A stretch of 64,000 nt of DNA from Leptogorgia sarmentosa (lineage: Eukaryota). The stretch is taken from contig OZ210884.1 in the NCBI GenBank assembly GCA_964658305.1, positions 7,068,001 through 7,132,000 of the forward strand. The letters run 5' to 3'. A model generated the notes under the pieces. That model was not told where the DNA came from. It saw only the letters and a list, made by a program, of their open reading frames with translations, and made no database searches. Both the position numbers and the translations under genes were made by a program. This document shows, in pieces, positions 1 to 11,500 of the stretch; the stretch's first letter is position 1, and every line of letters starts with the position of its first letter.

Positions 1-54
1 TCCATACCGTAGATGAGATAACAGCAAACAAGAATGAATTTGCTGGTATATATA

Positions 55-1953
55 CGTCATCACGAGACCCTCTATTCATGTCTCCTCTTGTGAACCACCT
101 TCTGAATCAAAGGAAAAGAGCCATACAAAACGGAAACACTGAAGCAAATACACGATTGCAAGAAAAAATCAACAAGCTAATTCGGGAAAATCAATTAAGC
201 GCAGTCAAACAAGAGTTTGGAAATCAGAAAACTGGATCGAAAAGTTGGTGGTCTAACGTTAATAGCATTACCTCGAGAAAAAAGAAACATGATGTATCTG
301 TAAGTGCCTCTCTAAACCCTCGTGAAATTAACAAATATTTTCAAAGTGTGAATACAGATCCAAATTATACGACTCCCGAGCCTCTCCAAATCTCCGAAGG
401 AACAAGAATTCCTTCGTTGTCAATTCATGAAGTTCGACATTTTCTACTGAATCAAAAACGCTCTTCATCGGGTCCTGACAATCTGCCACATTGGTTTTGG
501 AAATCGTTTGCTATTGAATTAGCTCCCATTGTCACAGAAATTTTTAATATGTCACTAAAAACCAGCAAGGTACCCCAGAAATGGAAATCCGCTAATTTAT
601 TACCACTCCCTAAAGAATCACCATTAAATTCGTGTAACCAATTAAGACCAATCTCTCTAACTGACATCATCATGAGACTATTGGAGAAGTGCGTGTATAA
701 ATCTGAAATCGCACCCGCCACAAGAAATAACATTGGTCCTGACCAATTCGCTTATAAAAAGGGTCACAACTCGACTATGGCCCTGATTAAATCCCAACAT
801 CAATGGCTAGAGTGGCTGGATAAAAACGCTAATTATGTTAGAGTGCTATCCTTCGATTTCAGCAAAGCATTTGACAGTGTGCCCCACGATCTTTTGTTTG
901 AAAAAGTTAAAAAGCTACCCATTAATCCGTATGTGGTGAACTGGTTAATTAGCTTTCTAGAAAACAGAACACAAAGAGTAACGGTTGATGGAATTGCCAC
1001 AGAATACTTACATATAAATCGTGGTGTGCCTCAAGGTACCGTTTTAGGTCCAGTTCTTTTCTCAATAATGGTTGATGATATTAAAACTGCTGATCCTAGT
1101 AACGCGTTAGTCAAATTTGCTGATGATTTGACGTTAGGAGTGCCTGGTAACGATAGTGGTGACACATCTCGATCTGAAGCTGCCTGTTTACAGGATTGGG
1201 CGGAAGAGAATAGAATGCCCCTAAACTTGGAAAAAACGTACGAAATGGTTGTTCGCAGAGACACCTCTGTAGTTTTGCCTGAGCATATTCCCTCAATTAA
1301 GCGAAAAACATGGTTAAAGCTTTTAGGAGTTACTCTACAAGATAATCCGTGCAACTGGGATTTGCACTTCGAAGAAATGCTAAAAAAAGCAAACGGACGA
1401 ATGTACATTATGAGAGTCTGCAAATACTATGGACTATCAACTAAACAATTAGATCTGCTGTTTGATAGTCTAATTATGTCGGTATTTACTTTTGCTATAG
1501 AACTGTGGGGTTGTGCATATGACGGTAAATATTTGAACCAAATAGACAAATTCATTAAACGTGCACATAGGAATGGTTATATCTCAAAACGAACACCCAT
1601 TAAAGAAATACGTGATAAGAGAGATAAGAAAATGTGGAACAAAATAACATCAACTGAAGACAATGCATTGCGTGAACTGCTGCCGGAAAAAAGAAATAGG
1701 TTACTTAGGCCTAGAGGGCATGAGTATGAACTCCCCCTAGTGAGAACAGAAAGATTCAAAAGGTCGTTTATAAATCGTTGTCTGTACAACTTTGTTTAGA
1801 CTTTAAAGTATTAAAACTTTTTATAACTTTTTATGATTCTTAACATACATTGTAAACATAACTATCTAGATCAATTATCTCTTGATTGTAAACTCAGACG
1901 GATGTATCTGAGTATTTTAATAAAGACTATTATTATTATTATTATTATTATTA
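55..1953 (+). mobile_element. LINE element including 3' UTR and (TAT)n tail
   Basis: RT ORF, then a short 3' UTR with hairpin ACTCAGA/TCTGAGT (1892-1913), AATAAA (1919-1924) and a (TAT)n tail at 1928-1953. The 5' boundary is approximate. Confidence 0.85.
78..1799 (+). CDS. Non-LTR retrotransposon (CR1/L2-group LINE) ORF2, reverse transcriptase portion
   Basis: 573-aa ORF with RT motifs: SSGPDNLP, LRPISLT, QFAY, DFSKAFDSV, GVPQGTVLGP, FADD, KLLGV. No endonuclease domain in the window, so it is 5'-truncated or begins upstream. Confidence 0.95.
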   Translation: MSPLVNHLLNQRKRAIQNGNTEANTRLQEKINKLIRENQLSAVKQEFGNQKTGSKSWWSNVNSITSRKKKHDVSVSASLNPREINKYFQSVNTDPNYTTPEPLQISEGTRIPSLSIHEVRHFLLNQKRSSSGPDNLPHWFWKSFAIELAPIVTEIFNMSLKTSKVPQKWKSANLLPLPKESPLNSCNQLRPISLTDIIMRLLEKCVYKSEIAPATRNNIGPDQFAYKKGHNSTMALIKSQHQWLEWLDKNANYVRVLSFDFSKAFDSVPHDLLFEKVKKLPINPYVVNWLISFLENRTQRVTVDGIATEYLHINRGVPQGTVLGPVLFSIMVDDIKTADPSNALVKFADDLTLGVPGNDSGDTSRSEAACLQDWAEENRMPLNLEKTYEMVVRRDTSVVLPEHIPSIKRKTWLKLLGVTLQDNPCNWDLHFEEMLKKANGRMYIMRVCKYYGLSTKQLDLLFDSLIMSVFTFAIELWGCAYDGKYLNQIDKFIKRAHRNGYISKRTPIKEIRDKRDKKMWNKITSTEDNALRELLPEKRNRLLRPRGHEYELPLVRTERFKRSFINRCLYNFV

Positions 1954-2839
1954 TATCCAATTGTTTTTCTAAGTTCTGACTAGCAAACCCAAAAATGTTT
2001 GACAATTTCCTCATGCATACTTTACAGACGGTAAGAGATCACGCCCGATTGACCTCACCCACCCAAATCATTTTAATAACGCTGCGAGGTATGTAATTAA
2101 GGGACAGATTAATTTAAATAAAATAATGACTAAAGAAGAATATTGATATTAATGTAGTTGATTTTCTCGGCACTGATTCGTTAAACTATTCGACGCTATG
2201 AGAATTGAACATTTATTACACAAGTGTGTAATTAGTTTTTTTTGACGACGTCCCTGACCCGCAATAAGTTTAAAAATTAACAGCTAAAATTACTATAAAA
2301 TATTAACCCTTCTAACCAGAAATTTCGAAGTAATAACGAAAAATTAGCATGCTCTCGCCTTCAGCGAAATACCGACCGTGCTTCGCACTCGTGATAATTT
2401 CCCAATTATGAATGCAACTGCGATTTTTGATTAATACTAATCGAACCGTTTTCTCTATTATAATTATAATACCTCGTTACATTCAGGTCGTTTAATTGGT
2501 TACTTATGGTCCCATGATATTGAATAGAAAGTATTGAATAGAATTAAAATATATGTAGTATTCGTACTTATCGCAACTTATTTAAAACATTTATTATTAT
2601 AGTTTTCCAATAAACTGTCTTGTAAAGCAATAGCCCATTTTAGTATAAACAAATAATGAATGTTTTTGTTTGTGCAATGGTAAGAATTCGGTGAAAGACG
2701 AAATGTTCCATTCAACTGATCATGAGCTATCGCCTCGTTGAATAGAACACTTCCATCTTTCACCTTATGAAAATATGCTTACCATTGCACTCATAAACAT
2801 TCATTATTAATTTTCTATGCTAATCCATGCTATTGTGCT

Positions 2840-5644
2840 GTGAAACCAGATTATCGGCCGATAAAAGCATGGCTTTGCGATTCGTATATGCATACTTTCT
2901 TTAATCATAATATAGGCGGTCGTCTTCATGGTCATGTTGTCAACGAGCACCGTGTCCAGTCCAAAGCTCATTGTACGTACCTCTGCTTTCAATTTGGAAG
3001 TGAGTGTAAATCTTTCAACTTCGAAAGTGGGGGCGAAATATCGAGACAGACACCAAGGATATGTCAAATAAATAATGCCACCGAGTCTTCGTATCTGAAT
3101 CGCATGATCGTCGAAGAAACATTTGATTATTGGGAGGTTCTTAACCCAATACATTCGGTAAGTTAAGTTTTTCATGATTGCCGTTGTGGCTGTAAGATAG
3201 CAGCGTCTAGTTCATGGAAAAAAGGCCACTTTACTGAACTTATTGCAATCGGTAGAAATTGTCGCTATAGCTTTACAATCAATTTCTTTATCAACCTTTG
3301 TATTTCATGGACTGGGAATGTCTGGAGATTTACAACGGCCTGAAATTTTCAGATTAAAAACTGTTAGTCATCATCTGCAACATGAGTTATCTTTTCTTGA
3401 AAATAGCATCTTTGTGAGCATATTTTTCATACAATAAAACTAATAAAATGGTTTTTGAAGACTTATTTTTCTAAGAATTTTTTTAACTCCAAAATATAAA
3501 CTCAAAGAAGGACAAGCAGCTGTTGTTGCAATTATTTTGTAGTTAGGTTAATTAGATGGAGATTTTAATTCTGAATCAGCGTATTTTTCGCTCACCCATT
3601 CCGACATAACAAAAAGAAAAAGTCATGTGTATTAAAACGCCGAGAAAACTACTCATTTTAGCCAGCATATAATTGTAATGATATACATAAAAGTATTACT
3701 CGACTGTGATTGGTTCATTTCAGTGCAGTTAATCCCTAATCACAGTGCAATTTTCTGTAATCACAGTGCAATTTTCTGTAATCACAGTGCAATTTTCTGT
3801 AATCACAGTGCAATTTTCTGTAATCACACACAGTGCAATTTTCTGTTATCACAGTGCAATTTTCTGTAATCACAGTGCAATTTTTTGTAATCACAGCGCA
3901 ATTTTCTGTAATCACAGTGCAATTTTCTGTAATCAGAGTGCAATTTTCTGTAATCACACACAGTGCAATTTTCTGTAATCACACACAGTGCAATTTTCTG
4001 TTATCACACACAGTGCAATTTTCTGTAATCACACACAGTGCAATTTTCTGTAATCACACACAGTGCAATTTTCTGTAATCACACACAGTGCAATTTTCTG
4101 TTATCACAGTGCAATTTTCTGTAATCAGAGTGCAATTTTCTGTAATCACAGTGCAATTTTTTGTAATCACTGACAGTGCAATTTTCTGCTATCACAGTGC
4201 AATTTTCTGTAATCACAGTGCAATTTTCTGTAATCACAGTGCAATTTTTTGTAATCACAGTGCAATTTTCTGTAATCACAGTGCAATTTTTTGTAATCAC
4301 AGCGCAATTTTCTGTAATCACAGTGCAATTTTCTGCTATCACAGTGCAATTTTCTGATATCACAGTGCAATTTTCTGTAATCACAGTGCAATTTTCTGTA
4401 ATCACAGTGCAATTTTCTTTAATCACAGTGCAATTTTCTGTAATCACACACAGTGCAATTTTCTGTTATCACAGTGCAATTTTCTGTTATCACAGTGCAA
4501 TTTTCTGTAATCAGAGTGCAATTTTCTGTAATCACACACAGTGCAATTTTCTGTTATCACACACAGTGCAATTTTCTGTTATCACAGTGCAATTTTCTGT
4601 AGTGCAATTTTCTGCAATCACACACAGTGCAATTTTTTGTAATCACAGTGCAATTTTCTGCTATCACAGTGCAATTTTCTGTAATCACAGTGCAATTTTC
4701 TGTAATCACAGTGCAATTTTTTGTAATCACAGTGCAATTTTTTGTAATCACAGCGCAATTTTCTGTAATCACAGCGCAATTTTCTGTAATCACAGTGCAA
4801 TTTTCTGTTATCACAGTGCAATTTTCTGTAATCACAGTGCAATTTTCTGTAATCACAGTGCAATTTTCTGTAATCACAGTGCAATTTTTTGTAATCACAG
4901 TGCAATTTTTTGTAATCACAGTGCAATTTTCTGTAATCACAGTGCAATTTTCTGTTATCACAGTGCAATTTTCTGTTATCACAGTGCAATTTTTTGTAAT
5001 CACAGTGCAATTTTCTGTAATCACAGTGCAATTTTCTGTAATCACAGTGCAATTTTCTGTAATCACAGTGCAATTTTCTGTTATCACAGTGCAATTTTTT
5101 GTAATCACAGCGCAATTTTCGGTAATCACTTTGAACCAATCAAATTAGAGTTCAAGCTACGGATTGTTTCAAAACAAAACAAACATGGCGGCCGCGCTAA
5201 ACAAAGTAAAAATTGTCTTCGGGTCGACAATATGGCTTTTACCGCTTTTTTAACATTGAAAAAAGTTTATCTAAAACAAGACTAACAAAAGTTACGTGCT
5301 TGGGTTTCACGTAAGTTAGCACGACACGACGACGTTAGCTCGAATACTTTTATGTAAATTATTAATAAGCAATAGCATGGTTTCTCGTGCAATTTGGATA
5401 TAATATGCACTCGTGAGTTTTTCAAAGACCTCAAATAGCACTCGCCCTTCGAGCTCGTGCAATGTTGAGGCTTTGCAAAACTCACTCGTGCATATTATAT
5501 CCAAATTGCACTCGAAACCATACTATTACCTGTACTTATAACATATGCTGAGTGACTTGATAATCATATTGCTGTACTTCCTTATTTTCTTTTATATACA
5601 GGGAAATACTTCAATGTTACCTCGCAGAAATCTGCAAGTTCCTG
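2840..5644 (+). CDS. PAN/Apple-domain small protein (partial gene model; start uncertain)
   Basis: Exon to 3157 encodes the PAN-like pattern RLHGHVV...HCTYLC...CKSFNF...CQINNAT...FDYWE and ends at donor GTAAGT (3158). A phase-0 exon 5601-5644 (pyrimidine tract-CAG ... GTAAGT) continues in frame as GNTSMLPRRNLQVP. A possible last exon lies at 7186-7247. No in-frame ATG was found upstream. Confidence 0.6.
3680..5537 (+). mobile_element. Non-autonomous element carrying the minisatellite, with short inverted repeats and a 3' long hairpin (Helitron/Helentron-like architecture)
   Basis: TGATTGGTTCA (3707-3717) and TGAACCAATCA (5132-5142) flank the array as an inverted pair. A ~160-bp imperfect palindrome lies at ~5370-5530. 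Boundaries are approximate and family assignment is inferred. Confidence 0.55.
3738..5129. repeat. 21-bp minisatellite (CACAGTGCAATTTTCTGTAAT)n, about 65 copies
   Basis: Directly visible tandem array; some units carry an extra CACA. It accounts for all the repetitive ORFs in this interval. Confidence 0.98.
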
Positions 5645-6088
5645 GTAAGTTTGTAATAACATTCTGTATATATATGAAATGCATGACCATAGAATTTTGA
5701 ATATCACTGCGTTTTTACGAATGTACCAGCTTTTCTGTTTTAAGACTGGGATTGAAAATCTTGTGTAAATTACCTTTAGGATTATGTGAGTGTTCTTGTG
5801 AAGAATTAAGGAGTAAAAATAGAATTTAGTTGGTTAAGATATAATTAAGGTATTCACTACTTCATAAACCCATATGTTCTGCTTCATAAACATTGGTTAT
5901 AGGTTGCGGTTGCTGATGAGGTTTATCACATTATTACGATTGCGGACATCACTCTTTGGACGTTTCTTGTTACACAACTTTAGTTTTCAAACTTGACCAA
6001 TTGCTTTGATTTATACATTACCAGCAATACGGGACATTTTACGGCCGCAATATCACATAATGATCACAGCGGAAAATTGCTTCGCATA

Positions 6089-6778
6089 CACTGAGATATA
6101 ATATTACTGGAGAGAGTGCACTCGACTTTTTTCATACAAAGGAGTGAAGCCAAAAACATGGCGGATTTTACCGTTGCTGACGCCACTGGTTCCTATTTCT
6201 CACATAATTTCCACTGACCAACAGCGGTCTCATGTTTCCGACCGACGATGTTTTTGTAAAAAGAAGCCGAAATTTTGTTTTTATATTGAAAAAATCAAGA
6301 CGAAAAGGCCGAATTTTTGCACGGCTGAAACGGTTTCACAATCCTTATAAAAAAAGCAGAGTTTTTTCAACCAAAAAGGTAAATGTAATCCCTTTTTTAT
6401 GCAAAAAATTGAATAAAATATTTTCTAAAAAGACTACCTTTCAAGTTTCAAATGAGATTTTCGAGCTCTGAATATCTGTGTCGCTTAATTTTTAACTAGC
6501 TAGAATGGATGTCGCCACTTCTTCAGTCGTCTTGAATGCAGCAAATGATATCAGAATGTCAAAAAAGAACGAAAAACCGAAAAATCCTTTGCAAAAACCA
6601 AAATATTTTGGCCAAAACAAGTCTTTAGTGGGCTCAAAGTTAGTTGTGGTCAGTGGTGCTCCAATGAAAATTAGGAACCAGTGGCGTGGATCTGGCGTGG
6701 CAAGCATGAATCCACGCCATAATTTTGGCTTCACTTTTTGATGCCGTGCACTCTCTCCAGTATTTCTTTAGCTCAGTG
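6089..6778. mobile_element. Non-autonomous DNA transposon (MITE) with 8-bp TSD, P-element or hAT type
   Basis: Termini CACTGAG...CTCAGTG with imperfect ~100-bp inverted ends (TACTGGAGAGAGTGCAC, GTGAAGCCAAAA, ACGCCACTGGTTCC). Identical TSD TTCGCATA at 6081-6088 and 6779-6786. Confidence 0.9.
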
Positions 6779-7386
6779 TTCGCATAGTTCAACGTCATGT
6801 AAGCTCAGTTTTTGAAATTCAAATTCAATTGTTATGACGACATCAGGGTTGTTAGTATTCGTGAATAATCAGGCCAAACCGTCATTAAGGCCGTCAAGGA
6901 AACAAAAGAAACAAAAGCGAAATATAAAGAAAAACAAAGAACATTGTCAAAAATTATTCACGAATGCTAACAACCCTGGGCGACATATTGAGGATATGAT
7001 CAACTACAACTCAACTTTCAAACGAAATTGGAACCAGTTTGCTGTGGAATTTCTAATAATATTTTTAGCTAATATTGCAGTTCAAACATTGCTTAATTTA
7101 TTTCGAACTCCGATGTTCGCATAAACCGAAAAGATGTCGGCCTATTCTACGATGTTTTGCACCATGTTTGACCGAATTACTATAGATTACACTATGGAAT
7201 ACATCGAATACACAGAAAATCATGCATCAATCTCGGGAATCACCTAAACCTGGAGAAATCCTGCCAATGCTTGTGTCAAAATATTGCTCATGTGTGTCGC
7301 TCCCTATATCGAACTCCGATACTATGAAATATTTACACAAAGTAGGTGAAATTTTGATATTTTTATTCTCTCCTATATATTTTATA

Positions 7387-8196
7387 CAGGGTGTATAAAA
7401 AAAAACGCAACCCAAGTTTAAGGCTTTATAACCAAAATAATATAGATTTCCATGTCTTAACTTTTAGTTCATGTTTTAGCCCTATCTTTTTTCTACTCAA
7501 TAAGTGGTCGATTGTGACTTTTTAGGCCATTTAGGACTTCAAAATAAGTGATTTGCTGCAAGCAGTCACTTTTAGATGCTTCGAATTCGACGTTCTTAAT
7601 TCCGAAGGGGACGTTATCGTTGCATGCGAATATTTTGTTTGAAATATTTTCGCGAAATAATTTTAAAGTCTTAGGCATCATGCCACAGCTCACTACAGCA
7701 GAAAGAACTTTTATTGTTGAAGGTTACTTTGTAACAAAAAGTATTCAGGAAGTTTTAAGATTGTTTCGAATAGCTTTTCCGGATCGACAAGTCCCAAATT
7801 CGACGACCATTTGGCGTAACGTACTTAAATACCGGCAGATACAGCTTGAAGCAGATGCTTTACATGGAAATCATGAACTAATAAGAAGAGTTGCACGGGA
7901 AATGCAACGTCGAAGTGATTTGTGTGTGCTGAGAAAGCCAGGCCACGTTGAATGATTGTAACCAACTAAAGTTAAATTTTTAATAAAATTCAAGTCTCAA
8001 ATTTTAAATTGTCCAATCACACTTACTAAAAATATCATTACTCGCTCATTTCCAACTCAAATTTAACAAACAAGCAGTCTTAAGAAAGCGGAATGATAGA
8101 GCTTTCTAACGGTGGTAAATATAGCCTATTTTCTATTACTTTTCGTTATGAAAATTGCATTTGAACGTAGGATTGCGTTTTTTTTTATACACCCTG
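7387..8196 (+). mobile_element. Internally deleted Tc1/mariner-superfamily DNA transposon
   Basis: TIRs CAGGGTGTATAAAAAAAAACGCAA with TA on both sides. Residual ORF 7680-7955 joins a transposase N-terminal HTH-like segment (MPQLTTAERTFIVEGYF...FPDRQVP...TIWRNV) to a typical C-terminus (RRSDLCV...GHVE), with no DDE/DDD core. Confidence 0.88.
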
Positions 8197-8544
8197 TAGT
8201 AAGATTTGGCGGCCATATTGGGTTATAATTTGCATAAAATTTGCATTTGAAAATCAGGTCAATTGAACGTTTTCTCATCCTTTCACATGTTGCCAAGTCA
8301 TCGTCACTTAAATTTTTTGGTAGTTCATCTTTATTACACGCTATTGCGGAGTTGATTCTCGCGAGTTGCTTTCTAGCTCACTGTATACGTTCTTTGATGC
8401 GTTCTTTCATAAACATTGTTTATCAATATGTCAATCAAAATCAATCAACAACTTTACTAAAGTCTACTCTAACTTCTAACATGCCACAAGTGGCACACTA
8501 ATTGGGGACACAAATTGTCACGTTATTTAGATCTCCGTCCAAAT

Positions 8545-11500
8545 TTACATAGAACAGTTTTCCAGTGCTTCAGTGACTGGTGGATGTCCCGGAATCTTTT
8601 CCAATACTGACAGGAAGATCTCTGCCGCTTTTTCTTTGTTTCCGATTAGCATGTAGCCATAACCTGCCATTTGACGAGCCACGAATTTGAAATTCTTGCC
8701 ATCGACCACGACATTGTCGGAAGTCAAAGCTTCAAAACTGTCAGTGACAATTTCTAAAACTGCTGCAAAGTCTTGAGCTTTTTCTATTTTATCCAATTTC
8801 ACATAAGTTGAAATTAGTTCGTATACAGCAAGAACTTCTTTTGTCATGAATACACTGTCAACATCAGCTCCGATTTCACGACGAAGATAAACGTCTAGCA
8901 AGGGCTTCTCGACTTTTCTGAAAACAATAGGTGATATCTCGTCTACTCTTTCAATGACTTTCTCGAAATGTTCAGCAGCTTCTTCATAACGTTCTAACTT
9001 CGACAGAAGCGATGCAAACCTCATTTCTACGAAAGTTGTCATTTCTGCAGTCTTTTGAAACAGTTTTTCGAACAGTTTCCACGCGAGATCCATGTAAACA
9101 CTCCACGAATCTTTGTTTTCCAAGTCTACCGTGAACGCTTTTGTTTGATAAAGGTCAGCCAAGGTAGCGACAATATCTTGATCACAGGTAAAATCTTCAT
9201 CAAGGTCGATGCATCGTTCGTAACATTGAATTGCGGCGTCGATATTTTCTCTTTTAGAATGCGTACTGCCCAACGAACAAAAAACGTAATATGGATTGAC
9301 AAAAGAGTAAGTTTGAAGAATTTCGCATTGTTCATGAAATGGCTTGTCCAGAAAACCTTCTTTAACTTGAAGCATTGCAAGGAATTGTTCAAAATAGGAT
9401 AGCGATTCATCCCCTTCATTCAAATCGACCAACTCATTTCCAGCTAAACGCAGACACGAAATCTTCATTTCTAACATTTCCGACGATTCGACATCTTCAG
9501 GGAAATATTTTAAAGCCACAACATACTCGCCAAGCATATAATACAATTTCATGAGATTTACGGAAGACAACGGAAAATCACATTTCTGGAGTTGGTTTCG
9601 TTCTTCTTCATTCAAAAGAGACAACAGCTCGCGATGACAATCTTCTACAAGGAAAGGTTTACAAGAAGGACGCTTCCCGTACTTTACTTCGTGAACATCT
9701 AGCAAATTGACATTTGTAAAAATTTCACACACATCTACTGCTTCTTTCTTCTTTCCCATTCCAACATACGCTCGAACCATTAAATTGTACAAAACATCTC
9801 CGACCGTCGTGAACAGTTCCCCATCGATCCGGACGCTCTTCTCAACACCAGCTCCATAAAACACTCTTGAAAAGTAGTAAATATACATACACTTGTTCGA
9901 TAATAGTTGTCCTAAGTTTTTCACTTTTTCCAACACAGCAACAGCCTCTGCAAAACGTTTTCTTTCGCATAGAAAGTTGGCGTAACTTAGTTCCTTATGA
10001 ATTATCATGTCTCCTTCCCCGCCTCGATCGCTAAGATAATGTTGTTCTGCAAGCTTCAGTTCTTCATCCGCGTCAAAAGCCGAGTTTGATGCATTTTGCT
10101 GGTGTAACTGGGCAAAAAACAACTGCAGTTCAGAACGATTTCTTGTTTTATTGTCGTCATTGTCATCGGACATCAAATCGGTTATTCCCAAAGCAGTTTC
10201 TGCAACGGCAATTGCTTCTTGCGTTTGTCCGAGGCTGCTGTAGATAATAATCAAAGTTTTTAAGAACTGGTACACGTTGTCCAAACTGTTGTCTTGTTTT
10301 ATGGAGGCTTCTTTGCACATATCAACAGCCTGTTGTAAAGGAGTGCGACTTTTGTTAGGGACACTTGATTTGGTGGCTGTAATTGCCTGCAGCAAGGGTA
10401 AAAATTCTTCATAAATCGACAAGAAATCCGGAAGAGCAGCTGAGAAGAAGGCCACAAGTGTATTATTTATCCAAATGATAGATTCCATTCGCTCTAATTT
10501 ATCAAGCCTAACAAAGACTCGAGCAAGGAACGACCATGAGGATATGCGATCGGCAACAGCAGCATAACTAGCGACACTAGCATCACTGGCATCACTACGA
10601 TCGCTAGCATCACTGGCATCACTACGATCACTAGCATCACTGGCATCACTAGCATCACTAGCATCACTAGCATCACTAGCATCACTGGCATCACTACGAT
10701 CACTAGCATCACTGGCATCACTAGCATCACTAGCATCACTAGCATCACTGGCATCACTAGCATCACTGGCATCACTAGCATCACTAGCATCACTAGCATC
10801 ACTGGCATCACTACGATCACTGGCATCATCAACAGCAATATTCATTAAAAAGGTTTTCATCTCTTGTAATACTGTTTCAGCTTCAATTTTTTTTTCTAGC
10901 TTGAGAGAAATGTCCGCCAACAACAACTGTACCTCACATTTTGTGGCAAAAAATTCTCCTTGTCTTGCGTTTGCGTTTCCTTTAATTAGGTCACTGGCTT
11001 TCGTGGTCTGTTCGAGGGCTTCCTCACACAGGGAGAGAGCCAGAAGAAGCTTGTCGTCTCCACGTTCTACCAAAATATTCGCACATTTCGCTCCAAGGTA
11101 GAAGAATTTTACTGCCTGCTGATTAATCGTTTCGTTAAGTTCATGATCCGACACCAATTTCATCCCTCTTTCACAGACGAGCCAGGCTCCTTCAACATTA
11201 TTACAGAGAATTTCGCTTTTTATCAAAGCAATCAACACTTCAGAGTATTCATACAAGTCTTCACGGTCTTCTATTGTCTCAATGGAATAAACTGCTTCAG
11301 CTTTGGTGAAATCAATTACAGCATTTCGAAAATTGCCGGAGGACAAAAAGCATTCCCCACGTAATTTGAGAATCTCGGATTGTCGTCTGTATCGAGCTTC
11401 GGGAAGCTGTAAGGCAAGGTCTAAAAACCTAACAGCCTCGTAAGGACGTTTTTTATTCTTCCATCTGATGGCTTCGTTTATTAACTCTTCCTCGCCATCA

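Noticed and set aside
3738..5129. Possible CRISPR array
   Set aside because: Units are head-to-tail with no unique spacers, there are no cas genes, and the DNA is eukaryotic.
3678..5285. Many overlapping ORFs (ITENCTV, HSAIFCN, QFSVITV repeats)
   Set aside because: They are translations of a 21-bp minisatellite that is open in several frames; there is no sign of a real protein.
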